NCBI GenBank assembly: GCA_031401135.1
Contig: JANNRF010000394.1
Location: 1-56,972 of the forward strand
Source: Deltaproteobacteria bacterium
GTDB lineage: Bacteria; Myxococcota_A; UBA9160; UBA6930
DNA length: 56,972 bases
Reading direction: 5' to 3'
The position numbers and the translations under genes are program-made. Every line of letters starts with the position of its first letter. Within the stretch, counting starts at the first letter, position 1. The notes below the pieces were generated by a model that did no database searches, was not told where the DNA came from, and saw only the letters and a program-made list of their open reading frames with translations. Shown here piece after piece: positions 8,877 to 17,406 of the stretch.

Positions 8877-9748
8877 CCCGCCACCGCAATCGTCGCGACG
8901 CCCGCGACCGTGAGCGCCGCGCCCGCGAGCCGCCGCGCGCTCGGGCGCTCGCCGAGAAAGCGCATCGCGAACAGCGCCGCGAACAACACCGAGAGTTGCC
9001 GCACGGCGACGACGTAGCTCGCGGGCGCGGTCTGCAGCACGTGCAAGATCAAGCCGTAGCCGACCAGCCCAGCGATTACGGAGAGCCCCACGCGCGCGAG
9101 ATCGCTGCGCGCGGCTTCGACGAGCGCACTCGCGCCCACCGTGCGCAGAGCGAGCGGCGTGCGCACCGCCACGCTCGCGAGCGTGAGTAGCGCGTACCAA
9201 GCGAGCGGCCGCGGCAGCGCGCCGTGCCACGCGCCCGCGTGCAGCTCCGCCATCGCGAACTTGTCGAACAGCGAGTAGGCCACCGTGGTCGCGAGCGTCA
9301 GCCACGCATAAACAAGTTCTGGCGCGAACAGTTTTCGCAGCGAGAGCTCCTCGCCGTACACGAGCCACACCCCTGCGACCACGATCGCGATGCCGAGCGC
9401 GCCGAGCGGCGTGACAATTTCGCCAAGCGGAATCGCGATCAGCGGCAGCAGCGCCGGGGTGGAGCGAATGATCGGGTAAACGCGCGTCAGCTCGGCCCGC
9501 GTGTAGGCGAGGCTCATCCAGTAGCCGTAGAGGCCGTGAGCGAGGCCGGTGGCGGCGACCAGCACCCAGATCGCAGGCGCGAGATCGGTGAGGTCGAAGA
9601 AGGCGAGGGCCACGAGCGCGAGCGGCACCTCGGCGAGTTGTTGGGCCGTGCCGAACGCGAGCGGGCTACGCGCGCCCTTGATCGCGACGCTCCACACCGC
9701 GTGCAAGAGCGCGCTCACGAGCACCAGCGCGAGCTCGGTGGGATTCAC
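8873..9748 (-). CDS. EamA/DMT family transporter
   Basis: About 10 TM segments; SALLHAVW, LTRVYPIIR, YSLFDK, SYVVAVRQLSV and FLGE motifs. Confidence 0.88.
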   Translation of the reverse strand: MNPTELALVLVSALLHAVWSVAIKGARSPLAFGTAQQLAEVPLALVALAFFDLTDLAPAIWVLVAATGLAHGLYGYWMSLAYTRAELTRVYPIIRSTPALLPLIAIPLGEIVTPLGALGIAIVVAGVWLVYGEELSLRKLFAPELVYAWLTLATTVAYSLFDKFAMAELHAGAWHGALPRPLAWYALLTLASVAVRTPLALRTVGASALVEAARSDLARVGLSVIAGLVGYGLILHVLQTAPASYVVAVRQLSVLFAALFAMRFLGERPSARRLAGAALTVAGVATIAVAG

Positions 9749-10147
9749 GGCGGCGCACTATAGGCAGCGCGCAGGCGGAACTGGGGGAGCGAAGCGCCGT
9801 GTCATCGCACGTTCACGCGCAACGACGAGGGCCAGAGCGCTGCCTTTACCGTGGGCGGGCAGACGAGCTGGTGAGCGTACGAAGAACTCTTCCCGATCCA
9901 ACTTACGTCAGGATTATTGGACCATTGAACTGAGAGCGACTCACCGGCCCGGCGCCATACACTCGATTGATGCAACAGGCGCCGTGGTGGCTTTTGCTCG
10001 CAATGCTCTGGCTGTTTGGCTCGGCAGCAATGCGGATCGTGCATCCGATGCGGTGCTAGCCGCCGCCCACCGCAGGCTCCGCCGCATGGCGACCGCGCTT
10101 CTCCAGCCTATGTTCCCGCCCCTCTCGGCGTCGGAGATCCCCCCAAC

Positions 10148-11059
10148 ATGAGCGCAGCATCGTTGCCCGAGCCCGCGCGCTCATCGTTCTCGCGCACGCT
10201 CTCGCTCTACCTCGCGCTCACCAAGCCGCGCATTCTCCCGCTCGTGATCTTCACCGCGCTGCCCGTCTTGTTGATGGCGCACGACGCGCCCGGCTTCGCG
10301 CGCAGCCTCGCCATCCTCGCGGGCATCTCGCTCGCGGCCGGCGCGGCGAACACGCTCAACATGTACGTGGAGCGCGATCGCGACGCGCTGATGGAGCGCA
10401 CGCGCACGCGCCCGCTGCCGAGTGGCGCGATCTCCGCGCGCGCGGCGCTCTTGTTCGGCCTCGCGCTCTCCGCGCTCGCGACGGCTGCGCTCTACGCCAT
10501 CGCGGGCGCACCGGCCGCGGGGCTCGGCGTCGCGAGCATTCTCTTTTACGTGTTCGTCTACACGATCTGGCTGAAGCCGCGCTCCGCGTACAACGCGGTC
10601 ATCGGCGGCGCGGCGGGCGCTGCGGCGCCGCTGATCGCGGACGCCGCGGTGAACGGCAGCGTCGGCTGGCCGGGCCTGCTCTTGTTCTCGATCGTGTTCT
10701 TCTGGCAACCGCCCCACGTCTGGGCGATCGCGCTCTACCGCAAGGGCGACTACGCCGCGGCCGGCATCCCGATGATGCCCGCGGTCATTGGGGATGAGCG
10801 CACGCGCCGCCGCATTCTCTGGTACACGCTCGGCCTCCTGCCCGTGACGATCGCGCCCGCGCTGCTCGGCCTGCTCGGCCCTATCTATCTAACTGCCGCG
10901 GCTCTCCTCGGCGCGTGGTTCGTGTGGTCCGGCGTGCAGTTGATTCGCGAGCGTACCGACGCCGCGGCGCAGCGCGTCTTCCGCGTCTCGCTCGGCTACC
11001 TCGCGCTGCTCTATCTCGCGATGCTGGTGGATCTGATCGCGCCGAAGCTGATCGCGTAG
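10148..11059 (+). CDS. cyoE: Protoheme IX farnesyltransferase (heme o synthase)
   Basis: LTKPR, NMYVERDRDALMERTRTRPLPSG, YTIWLKPR, FWQPPH and DYAAAGIPM motifs. Confidence 0.95.
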   Translation: MSAASLPEPARSSFSRTLSLYLALTKPRILPLVIFTALPVLLMAHDAPGFARSLAILAGISLAAGAANTLNMYVERDRDALMERTRTRPLPSGAISARAALLFGLALSALATAALYAIAGAPAAGLGVASILFYVFVYTIWLKPRSAYNAVIGGAAGAAAPLIADAAVNGSVGWPGLLLFSIVFFWQPPHVWAIALYRKGDYAAAGIPMMPAVIGDERTRRRILWYTLGLLPVTIAPALLGLLGPIYLTAAALLGAWFVWSGVQLIRERTDAAAQRVFRVSLGYLALLYLAMLVDLIAPKLIA

Positions 11060-11072
11060 CCGGGCCGCGGCC

Positions 11073-11507
11073 GTGGATCTTTCTGGGCTGCCCGCCGTCA
11101 ACGCCTCGCTGAACGCCGTCGCGACGGTGCTGCTGCTCTGGGGTCGCGCGCTCGTGAAGCGTGGGCGCATCGATGCGCATCGGCGCGTAATGCTCTCCGC
11201 GTTCGCGGTATCGAGCTTGTTCCTCGCGTTCTACGTCGCGCACAAAGTCTCACGCTCGTTCGAGAACACCACGTTCAACGCGCACGGCGCCGCGAAGGCC
11301 GCGTACCTCGCGCTGCTCGCGAGCCACGTCGTGCTCGCGGCGCTCGTGCCATTCCTCGCGCTCGCGCTGATCCGCTTCGGTCTGCGCGGCGAGATCGCGC
11401 GGCATCGCCGCCTCGCGCGCGTCGCATGGCCGATCTGGATGTACGTCTCGATCACCGGCGTGGTGATCTACGTGCTGCTCTATCAGGTGAATCCGCTGCT
11501 CATGTGA
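11073..11507 (+). CDS. DUF420 family membrane protein (oxidase-associated)
   Basis: LPAVNASLN, HRRVM, SHVVLA and HRRLARVAWPIWMYVSITGV; lies next to cyoE. Confidence 0.9.
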   Translation: MDLSGLPAVNASLNAVATVLLLWGRALVKRGRIDAHRRVMLSAFAVSSLFLAFYVAHKVSRSFENTTFNAHGAAKAAYLALLASHVVLAALVPFLALALIRFGLRGEIARHRRLARVAWPIWMYVSITGVVIYVLLYQVNPLLM

Positions 11508-11598
11508 AGTCGCGCCAAGCCGTGGCGCGATGCCTCGCGCGAAGAGCGGAGAACGCGCGCAACCCGCGGTTTCTCGCTGGTTTTGTGCCCTCCGTCCC

Positions 11599-11627
11599 TT
11601 GAAAATCGCATGCCCTCCGCTCACACT
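11599..11627 (+). promoter_or_regulatory. Candidate sigma70-type promoter of the oxidase operon
   Basis: TTGAAA-N17-CACACT; direct repeat TGCCCTCCG at 11586-11594 and 11611-11619. Confidence 0.35.
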
Positions 11628-11715
11628 GCGCGCCGCTTCTCGGCGGGCGCGCCGCTGTGATCCGATGAGTCCGCCGCGCGCGTTGGCCCACGAGAACATC
11701 CGCGCAAGGACCATC

Positions 11716-12435
11716 ATGAAGTCGATTCGATCGCTCGCCGCCTGCCTGCTGACTGCGGCGTTTCTCGGCGCCCCCACGCTCGCGGCTGCCGAGGACGCAG
11801 CAGCGGATCTCGCGCGAGGCAAGGAACTGTTCTCGCTGTGCGCGCACTGCCACGGCGACGCCGCCGAGGGCAAGCAGAACATCGGTGCGCCGGCGATCGC
11901 GGCCATGCCTGCGTGGTACGTGAAGGAGCAGCTGCGCAAGTACTCGGTGGGCCTGCGCGGCAGGCACTTCGACGACGCCGAGGGCCTGCGCATGCGGCCG
12001 ATGTCGCTATGGCTGATCGCGGCGCAGCACGCTGCGGACAACGCGAGCGGCACGACACCGGATCCCACCAAGCTCGACCCGAACATCGTGAACGTGGCGG
12101 CCTACGTGGCGAGCCTGCCCGCGACGAACCCCGCAAAGACGCTGAGCGGCGGCAATGCTGCCAACGGCGAAGCGAACTACCCCGGTTGCAGCTCGTGCCA
12201 CGGGCAATTCGGCGAGGGCACGGAGGCATTGACGGCGCCGCCGCTCGCCGGCCAGAGCGACTGGTACTTGCTCTCAGCGCTGCGCAAGTACAAAGCCGGG
12301 GTGCGCGGTTACGACGCTACCAACGACTCGTTGGCCTTCATGATGTCGGCAATGTCGGGCGCGCTGCTGCCCGACGAGCAGGCGATGCAAGACATGGTCG
12401 CGTACCTCGCGACGCTGCAGACCCCGAAGCAGTAG
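11716..12435 (+). CDS. Di-heme cytochrome c (c4-like)
   Basis: Signal peptide, CAHCH and CSSCH heme motifs, APAIA/APPLAGQ...Y repeats; AAGGA RBS before the ATG at 11716. Confidence 0.92.
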   Translation: MKSIRSLAACLLTAAFLGAPTLAAAEDAAADLARGKELFSLCAHCHGDAAEGKQNIGAPAIAAMPAWYVKEQLRKYSVGLRGRHFDDAEGLRMRPMSLWLIAAQHAADNASGTTPDPTKLDPNIVNVAAYVASLPATNPAKTLSGGNAANGEANYPGCSSCHGQFGEGTEALTAPPLAGQSDWYLLSALRKYKAGVRGYDATNDSLAFMMSAMSGALLPDEQAMQDMVAYLATLQTPKQ

Positions 12436-12447
12436 GAGCCTCGAGCA

Positions 12448-12555
12448 ATGAACAAACAGCGCACGGCCGAGGGCACGGCCTCCTATTTTTTCTGGCTGTC
12501 GATGGCCGGCTTCGCGGCCTGGATCGCTGCCGGCTTCTACATCATTTTGCTCTGA
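12448..12555 (+). CDS. 35-aa single-pass membrane peptide (not in ORF track)
   Basis: MNKQRTAEGTASYFFWLSMAGFAAWIAAGFYIILL*; TAGGAG RBS 9 nt upstream; fills the gap between the cytochrome c gene and subunit II. Confidence 0.7.
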   Translation: MNKQRTAEGTASYFFWLSMAGFAAWIAAGFYIILL

Positions 12556-12564
12556 GGTCCGAAC

Positions 12565-13263
12565 GTGGACATTTTCAACTTCACTCGCCTCCCGGCCATC
12601 TCGAGCTTCGCGACGTCGATCGACGACGTGATCGGCTGGGTCACGGTGCTGGTCGGCTTCTGGTTCATCGTCACCGAAGTCGTGCTGTTCTACTTCATCC
12701 TGAAGTACCGCAAGCAGAACTCGCCGAAGGCGGCGTACATCACGGGCGAGGAGCCTGAGCTGTTCCGCTGGATCAGCCGCCCCCACGCAGCCGTGCTGGT
12801 GTTCGATGTGTTCATCGTGGTGATCGGCGTCCGAGTGTGGCTGGATGTGAAACAGACACTTCCGCCGGAGCCGGTTCCGCACGTGCGCGTGATCGGACAG
12901 CAATGGGCGTGGAGCTTCGTGCATCCGGGCCTGGACGGGCAGCTCGATACCGCCGACGACATCAAGACGGTGGACGATCTCCACATCCAGACGAACCAGC
13001 AGTACATCTGGGAGCTCGAGGCGAGAGACGTGTTGCACAGCTTCTCGATCCCGGCGATGCGCCTGAAGCAAGACGCTGTGCCCGGCCGCGTGATCAAGGG
13101 CTGGATGGATGCGAACGCTGCGGGCGTCTACGAAATCCAGTGCGCGGAGATCTGCGGCATCGGCCACGGCCTGATGCCCGGCAAGCTGCACGTGGAAGAC
13201 GCGGCGCAGCATACGGCCTGGATGCAAGCGCACTCGCCCGTCGCCCGCATCGCCGCGAACTAG
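12565..13263 (+). CDS. coxB: Cytochrome c oxidase subunit II
   Basis: Two TM helices, QQWAWSF, DVLHSF and the CuA motif CAEICGIGHGLM. Confidence 0.95.
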   Translation: MDIFNFTRLPAISSFATSIDDVIGWVTVLVGFWFIVTEVVLFYFILKYRKQNSPKAAYITGEEPELFRWISRPHAAVLVFDVFIVVIGVRVWLDVKQTLPPEPVPHVRVIGQQWAWSFVHPGLDGQLDTADDIKTVDDLHIQTNQQYIWELEARDVLHSFSIPAMRLKQDAVPGRVIKGWMDANAAGVYEIQCAEICGIGHGLMPGKLHVEDAAQHTAWMQAHSPVARIAAN

Positions 13264-13279
13264 TTAGGTCGAGGACACC

Positions 13280-14977
13280 ATGGCCCACGCAGTCGATCAC
13301 GCTCCGGCTCACGACGACCACGGTCATCACGAGCAGAGCTTCTTCATGAAATATATGTGGTCGACCGACCACAAGATGATCGCGATGCAATACATGTTCA
13401 CGGGCATGCTGATGGCGATGCTCGGCGGCTTCTTCGCCTACGTGTTCCGCATGCAGAACGCGTTCCCCGGCATGGCCGTGCCGGGCTTCGGCCTGGTGAC
13501 TCCCGCCGACTACAACATGCTCGTCACCAACCACGGCACGATCATGATCTTCTGGGTCGCGATGCCGGTGCTGGTCGCCGCTTTCGGCAACTTCCTGATC
13601 CCGCTGATGGTCGGCTGCGACGACATGGTGTTCCCGAAGCTGAACCGCCTCTCGTATCAGATCTTCCTGCTGTCGGCGATCGTCCTGATTGCTGGCTTCT
13701 TCGTTCCCGGCGGTGGCTTCGGCGGCGCCTGGACGGCCTACCCGCCGCTCTCCGCCGTCGGCGTCTACAACCTCACGCCAATGGGCTCCTCGTTCTGGGT
13801 GCTGGCCGTCGCGCTCGAATTCGTGGCCTTCCTGTTAGGTGGTATCAACTTCATCACCACCTCGATGAATTCGCGCGCACCCGGCATGAAGCTCTACGAC
13901 ATCCCGATCGTGGTCTGGACGATCGTGATCGCGAGCGTGCTGTTCATGTGCTCGGTCGGCCCGCTGATCGCCGGCGCGATCATGCTGCTGTTCGACCAGA
14001 ACATCGGCACGGGCTTCTTCAACCCCGCGATGGGCGGCGACCCGGTGCTTTGGCAGCACCTGTTCTGGTTCTTCGGGCACCCCGAGGTGTACGTCGTGCT
14101 GCTGCCGACGCTCGGCATCGTCGCCGAAATCATCTGCGTGTTCTCGCGCAAGAAGCTGTTCGCGTACCAGACGGTGCTCTACACGATGTTCGGCACCGGC
14201 ATCCTGAGCTTCACGGTCTGGGCGCATCACCAGTTCATCTCGGGCATCGACCCGCGCATGGCGAACGTCTTTACGATCACCACGCTGCTCATCTCGGTGC
14301 CGATCGCGGAGATGTTGTTCGTCTACATCGCCACGCTCTACAAGGGCTCGATCACACTCTCGACGCCGATGCTATGGGCGCTCGGATTCATCGCGACGTT
14401 CCTGATCGGCGGCGTGACGGGCATCTACCTCGGCACCGCGGGCTCGGACATCTACTTCCACGACACCTACTTCGTGCTCGCCCACTTCCACTACACGTTC
14501 TTCCCGATCGCGATCATCGGCACCTACGCGGGCGTCACCTACTGGTACCCGAAGATGTTCGGCCGAATGCTCGACGAGACGCTCGGCAAGATTCACTTCT
14601 GGCTGACGTTCATCCCGTTCAACTGCATCTTCATCCCGCTCTTCTTCCTGGGCCTCTGGGGCGAGCATCGCCGCATCTACAGCTACGAGCTGTTCGACGA
14701 GCTCTGGAAGTATCAGGGCATCCGCCAGTTCGCGACCGTGGCGCTCGTGGTGATGCTGGCCGCGCAAGCGATCTTCATCTGGAACTTCTTCAAGAGCCTG
14801 TGGAGCGGCCCGATCGCGGGCCCGAACCCGTACAACGCCAACACGCTCGAGTGGCAGTGCCCGTCGCCGCCGCCCCACGGCAACTTCGCCGAGCTGCCGA
14901 CCGTCTACCGCCCGCCGTACGAGTACAGCCATCCGGACCGCAAGGAAGATTTCTGGCCGCAAAACTCGCCGGTCTAA
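13280..14977 (+). CDS. coxA: Cytochrome c oxidase subunit I, A1-type
   Basis: STDHK, NHGTIMIF, FGHPEVY, WAHH, HDTY..AHFHY and RR motifs; all six His ligands present. Confidence 0.97.
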   Translation: MAHAVDHAPAHDDHGHHEQSFFMKYMWSTDHKMIAMQYMFTGMLMAMLGGFFAYVFRMQNAFPGMAVPGFGLVTPADYNMLVTNHGTIMIFWVAMPVLVAAFGNFLIPLMVGCDDMVFPKLNRLSYQIFLLSAIVLIAGFFVPGGGFGGAWTAYPPLSAVGVYNLTPMGSSFWVLAVALEFVAFLLGGINFITTSMNSRAPGMKLYDIPIVVWTIVIASVLFMCSVGPLIAGAIMLLFDQNIGTGFFNPAMGGDPVLWQHLFWFFGHPEVYVVLLPTLGIVAEIICVFSRKKLFAYQTVLYTMFGTGILSFTVWAHHQFISGIDPRMANVFTITTLLISVPIAEMLFVYIATLYKGSITLSTPMLWALGFIATFLIGGVTGIYLGTAGSDIYFHDTYFVLAHFHYTFFPIAIIGTYAGVTYWYPKMFGRMLDETLGKIHFWLTFIPFNCIFIPLFFLGLWGEHRRIYSYELFDELWKYQGIRQFATVALVVMLAAQAIFIWNFFKSLWSGPIAGPNPYNANTLEWQCPSPPPHGNFAELPTVYRPPYEYSHPDRKEDFWPQNSPV

Positions 14978-15014
14978 CAAGCGGCGTCCCAAGGAACCTG
15001 GAGAGCGAGACGCG

Positions 15015-15584
15015 ATGACACCGATTGCAACGACACGCAGCACCGCTGGGTTGCCGACCGGCACGCTCGGGGTGTGGTGGCTGCTGGGATCCGAGATCGT
15101 GATTTTCGGCGGGCTGCTGTGCTCGTACATCATGCACCGCCTCTCTCACGACTGGTGGTCGGCGGAAGCCGCGCACACGAACGTCTACATCGGCCTCACG
15201 AACACGTTCGTGCTGCTGACGTCGAGCTTGTTCGCGGTGCTCGCGCACGCCGCGGCGCAGCGCGGTGACGGCAAGCTCGCGGCGCGCCGGCTCTGGTACA
15301 CGATCGCCGGCGGCGGGATGTTCCTTTGCATCAAGGCGGCCGAGTGGACGATCGAGATCAGTAACGGCATGACGATCTCGTCGAGCAGCTTCTGGTCGTT
15401 CTACTACACGGCCGCGGGCATTCACGCCTCGCACGTGATCGCGGGCATGATCGCGATGGCGGTCGTCGCAATGGACGCCGCCAAGGGCAAGTTCCTGCAC
15501 CGCGTCGAGAACGCCGGGATCTACTGGCACTTCGTCGATCTCGTCTGGATTTTCCTCTTCCCGCTCCTCTACATCGCGAAGTAG
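15015..15584 (+). CDS. coxC: Heme-copper oxidase subunit III (short form, copy 1)
   Basis: GVWWLLGSEIVIFGGL, NTFVLLTSS, FYYTAAGIHASHV and YWHFVDLVW. Confidence 0.92.
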   Translation: MTPIATTRSTAGLPTGTLGVWWLLGSEIVIFGGLLCSYIMHRLSHDWWSAEAAHTNVYIGLTNTFVLLTSSLFAVLAHAAAQRGDGKLAARRLWYTIAGGGMFLCIKAAEWTIEISNGMTISSSSFWSFYYTAAGIHASHVIAGMIAMAVVAMDAAKGKFLHRVENAGIYWHFVDLVWIFLFPLLYIAK

Positions 15585-15591
15585 GTGACGC

Positions 15592-15975
15592 ATGTCCGAC
15601 CACGCACACGCCGCGCACGCTGACCACGGTGACGCCGCCGCGCACGAAAAGCACTACTGGAAGATCTGGCTCGTGTTGCTCGTGTTGCTCGGGATCAGCT
15701 TCGCGGGCCCGTTCCTCGAGATTCGCGTCATCACGATGGTTACGGCTTTCGGCATCGCGGTCGTGAAGGCCTGGCTCGTCGCCAAGCACTTCATGCACGT
15801 CACCGCGCAGCCCAAGTTCGTGATGTACCTGATGGGCACCTGCCTGGTGTTCATGCTGCTCTTCTTCGCGGGCACAGCGCCCGACGTGATGGAGCACGAG
15901 GGCGCGAACTGGACGAAGCCGAACCCGCACGGCGTGATTCCGGAGCGCGCGCTCCACCCCGAAGCGCATCACTAG
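15592..15975 (+). CDS. Cytochrome c oxidase subunit IV family protein
   Basis: His-rich N-terminus, YWKIWLVLLVLL, AVVKAWLVAKHFMH, 3 TM segments. Confidence 0.88.
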   Translation: MSDHAHAAHADHGDAAAHEKHYWKIWLVLLVLLGISFAGPFLEIRVITMVTAFGIAVVKAWLVAKHFMHVTAQPKFVMYLMGTCLVFMLLFFAGTAPDVMEHEGANWTKPNPHGVIPERALHPEAHH

Positions 15976-16061
15976 CAAGCGGCGTTCCGCCGCGCGCAGC
16001 GAGGCGAAGCCGAGCGAAGTCGAACGAGACCGCTCGGGCTTCTCCCCCGGAGGCCCTAAAC

Positions 16062-16655
16062 ATGCAGAGTCGCACTGGCGTTCCGCTGCGAGTGATTACG
16101 GATCCGCGGCCCGCGCCCGCAGTGCCGAGCGCGGTGCTTGGCACGTCTCTGTTCGTGTTCAGCGAGGCGATGCTGTTCGCGGGCCTGATCAGCGCGTTCT
16201 CGATCACGCGCGCGAGTTCGCTGCTCGGCTGGCCCCCGCCCGGGCAGCCGCGCCTGCCCACCGAGGCGACCGCGCTCAACACGCTCGCACTACTCGCCTC
16301 GGGCGTCGTGCTCTATCTCGCGGGCCGCGCCCACGCGCGCGAGCGGCGCACCGCAGCCACGCCGATGCTCGTCGCGCTCGGCCTCGCCGCGTTCTTCGTG
16401 TGCTTCCAGGGCTACGAGTGGGTGCAGCTGCTCGGCGAGGGGCTCACGCTCACCTCGAGCCAGCACGGCAGCTTCTTCTACCTAATCATCGGCATCCACG
16501 CGCTGCACTGCATCGCCGCGATCGCCGCGCTCGCCTGGGTCTACCGCCGCCTCACGCGCGGCATGCTCGCCGCGAGCACCTTCCAGGCCGTGCGCGTGTT
16601 CTGGTACTTCGTGGTCGGCCTCTGGCCGCTGCTCTACTGGCGGGTGTACTGGTAG
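16062..16655 (+). CDS. Heme-copper oxidase subunit III (short form, copy 2)
   Basis: LGTSLFVFSEAMLFAGL, NTLALLAS, QGYEW, FFYLIIGIHALH and FWYFVVGLW. Confidence 0.88.
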   Translation: MQSRTGVPLRVITDPRPAPAVPSAVLGTSLFVFSEAMLFAGLISAFSITRASSLLGWPPPGQPRLPTEATALNTLALLASGVVLYLAGRAHARERRTAATPMLVALGLAAFFVCFQGYEWVQLLGEGLTLTSSQHGSFFYLIIGIHALHCIAAIAALAWVYRRLTRGMLAASTFQAVRVFWYFVVGLWPLLYWRVYW

Positions 16656-16657
16656 CC

Positions 16658-16876
16658 ATGAAGAGCTTCACCACCGCCGTCGCGTTCGCACTCGCCACGC
16701 TGCCCGCGCAGCAAGCCGTCGCCTGCGCCGTCTGTTTCTCGGGCCGCGACGAGAGCCGCGTCATGTACCTGCTGACGACGATCTTCATGACGCTGATCCC
16801 GATCGCCGTGTTAGGCGGCGGGATCTACTGGGTCGTGAAGAAGGCCACGGCGACCGACAGCGCGCCGCCGCGCTGA
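16658..16876 (+). CDS. Small exported CxxC membrane peptide (72 aa)
   Basis: Signal peptide ending AVA, then CAVCF, one TM helix and a KK stop-transfer; starts 2 nt after the previous stop. Confidence 0.75.
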   Translation: MKSFTTAVAFALATLPAQQAVACAVCFSGRDESRVMYLLTTIFMTLIPIAVLGGGIYWVVKKATATDSAPPR

Positions 16877-16877
16877 G

Positions 16878-17213
16878 TCAGGGCTTCTTCGTCCAGCCGC
16901 TGCCCGAATTGATCCATTCGCCGGGCGGCCTCGCGGCGATGATCTTCTCGGCCATCAGTGCGGCGACGCCCTCGACCGGAGCGCCCGTCTTCTTGGCGAC
17001 GTCCTCATACGCAGCGCGCCGCTTCGCGTTGATCTCCGCCACGAGCGCGACGACTTCCGCCGACGGCTTGTCCTTCACCGCGGCGACGTAGCCATCCGAG
17101 CGCTCGCCGATCGCACCCTTCGCGCGCGCTTCGTCGAGATCGAGCGCGAACGCGGGAAGCGCGATCGCGAGCAGCAGCGCAGTCAGCCAAATCCAGCGTG
17201 AGTTCTTGCGCAT
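16878..17213 (-). CDS. ydbL: YdbL family protein (DUF1318)
   Basis: LDEARAKGAIGERSDGYV...INAKRRAAY...W..K; AAGGAG RBS; downstream of ynbE. Confidence 0.9.
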   Translation of the reverse strand: MRKNSRWIWLTALLLAIALPAFALDLDEARAKGAIGERSDGYVAAVKDKPSAEVVALVAEINAKRRAAYEDVAKKTGAPVEGVAALMAEKIIAARPPGEWINSGSGWTKKP

Positions 17214-17223
17214 GTTCATCTCC

Positions 17224-17406
17224 TTAGAAAATGCTCGGTTCGGCCTTGAACAGGTCATCGAGCTCTTTGTCCACCTTGATGCGGATCTCGTGCTCGATCT
17301 TGATGTTGAGGTTGATCGTGATCGGCTCCTCGGCCTTCACGTTCACGGTGTGCGTGCAGCTCACCAGGAACCCCGCCATAACAGCCAGTGCCAGCGCTCG
17401 TCTCAT
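17224..17406 (-). CDS. ynbE: YnbE family lipoprotein
   Basis: Lipobox LVSC; EPITINLNIKIEHEIRIKVDK. Confidence 0.93.
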   Translation of the reverse strand: MRRALALAVMAGFLVSCTHTVNVKAEEPITINLNIKIEHEIRIKVDKELDDLFKAEPSIF

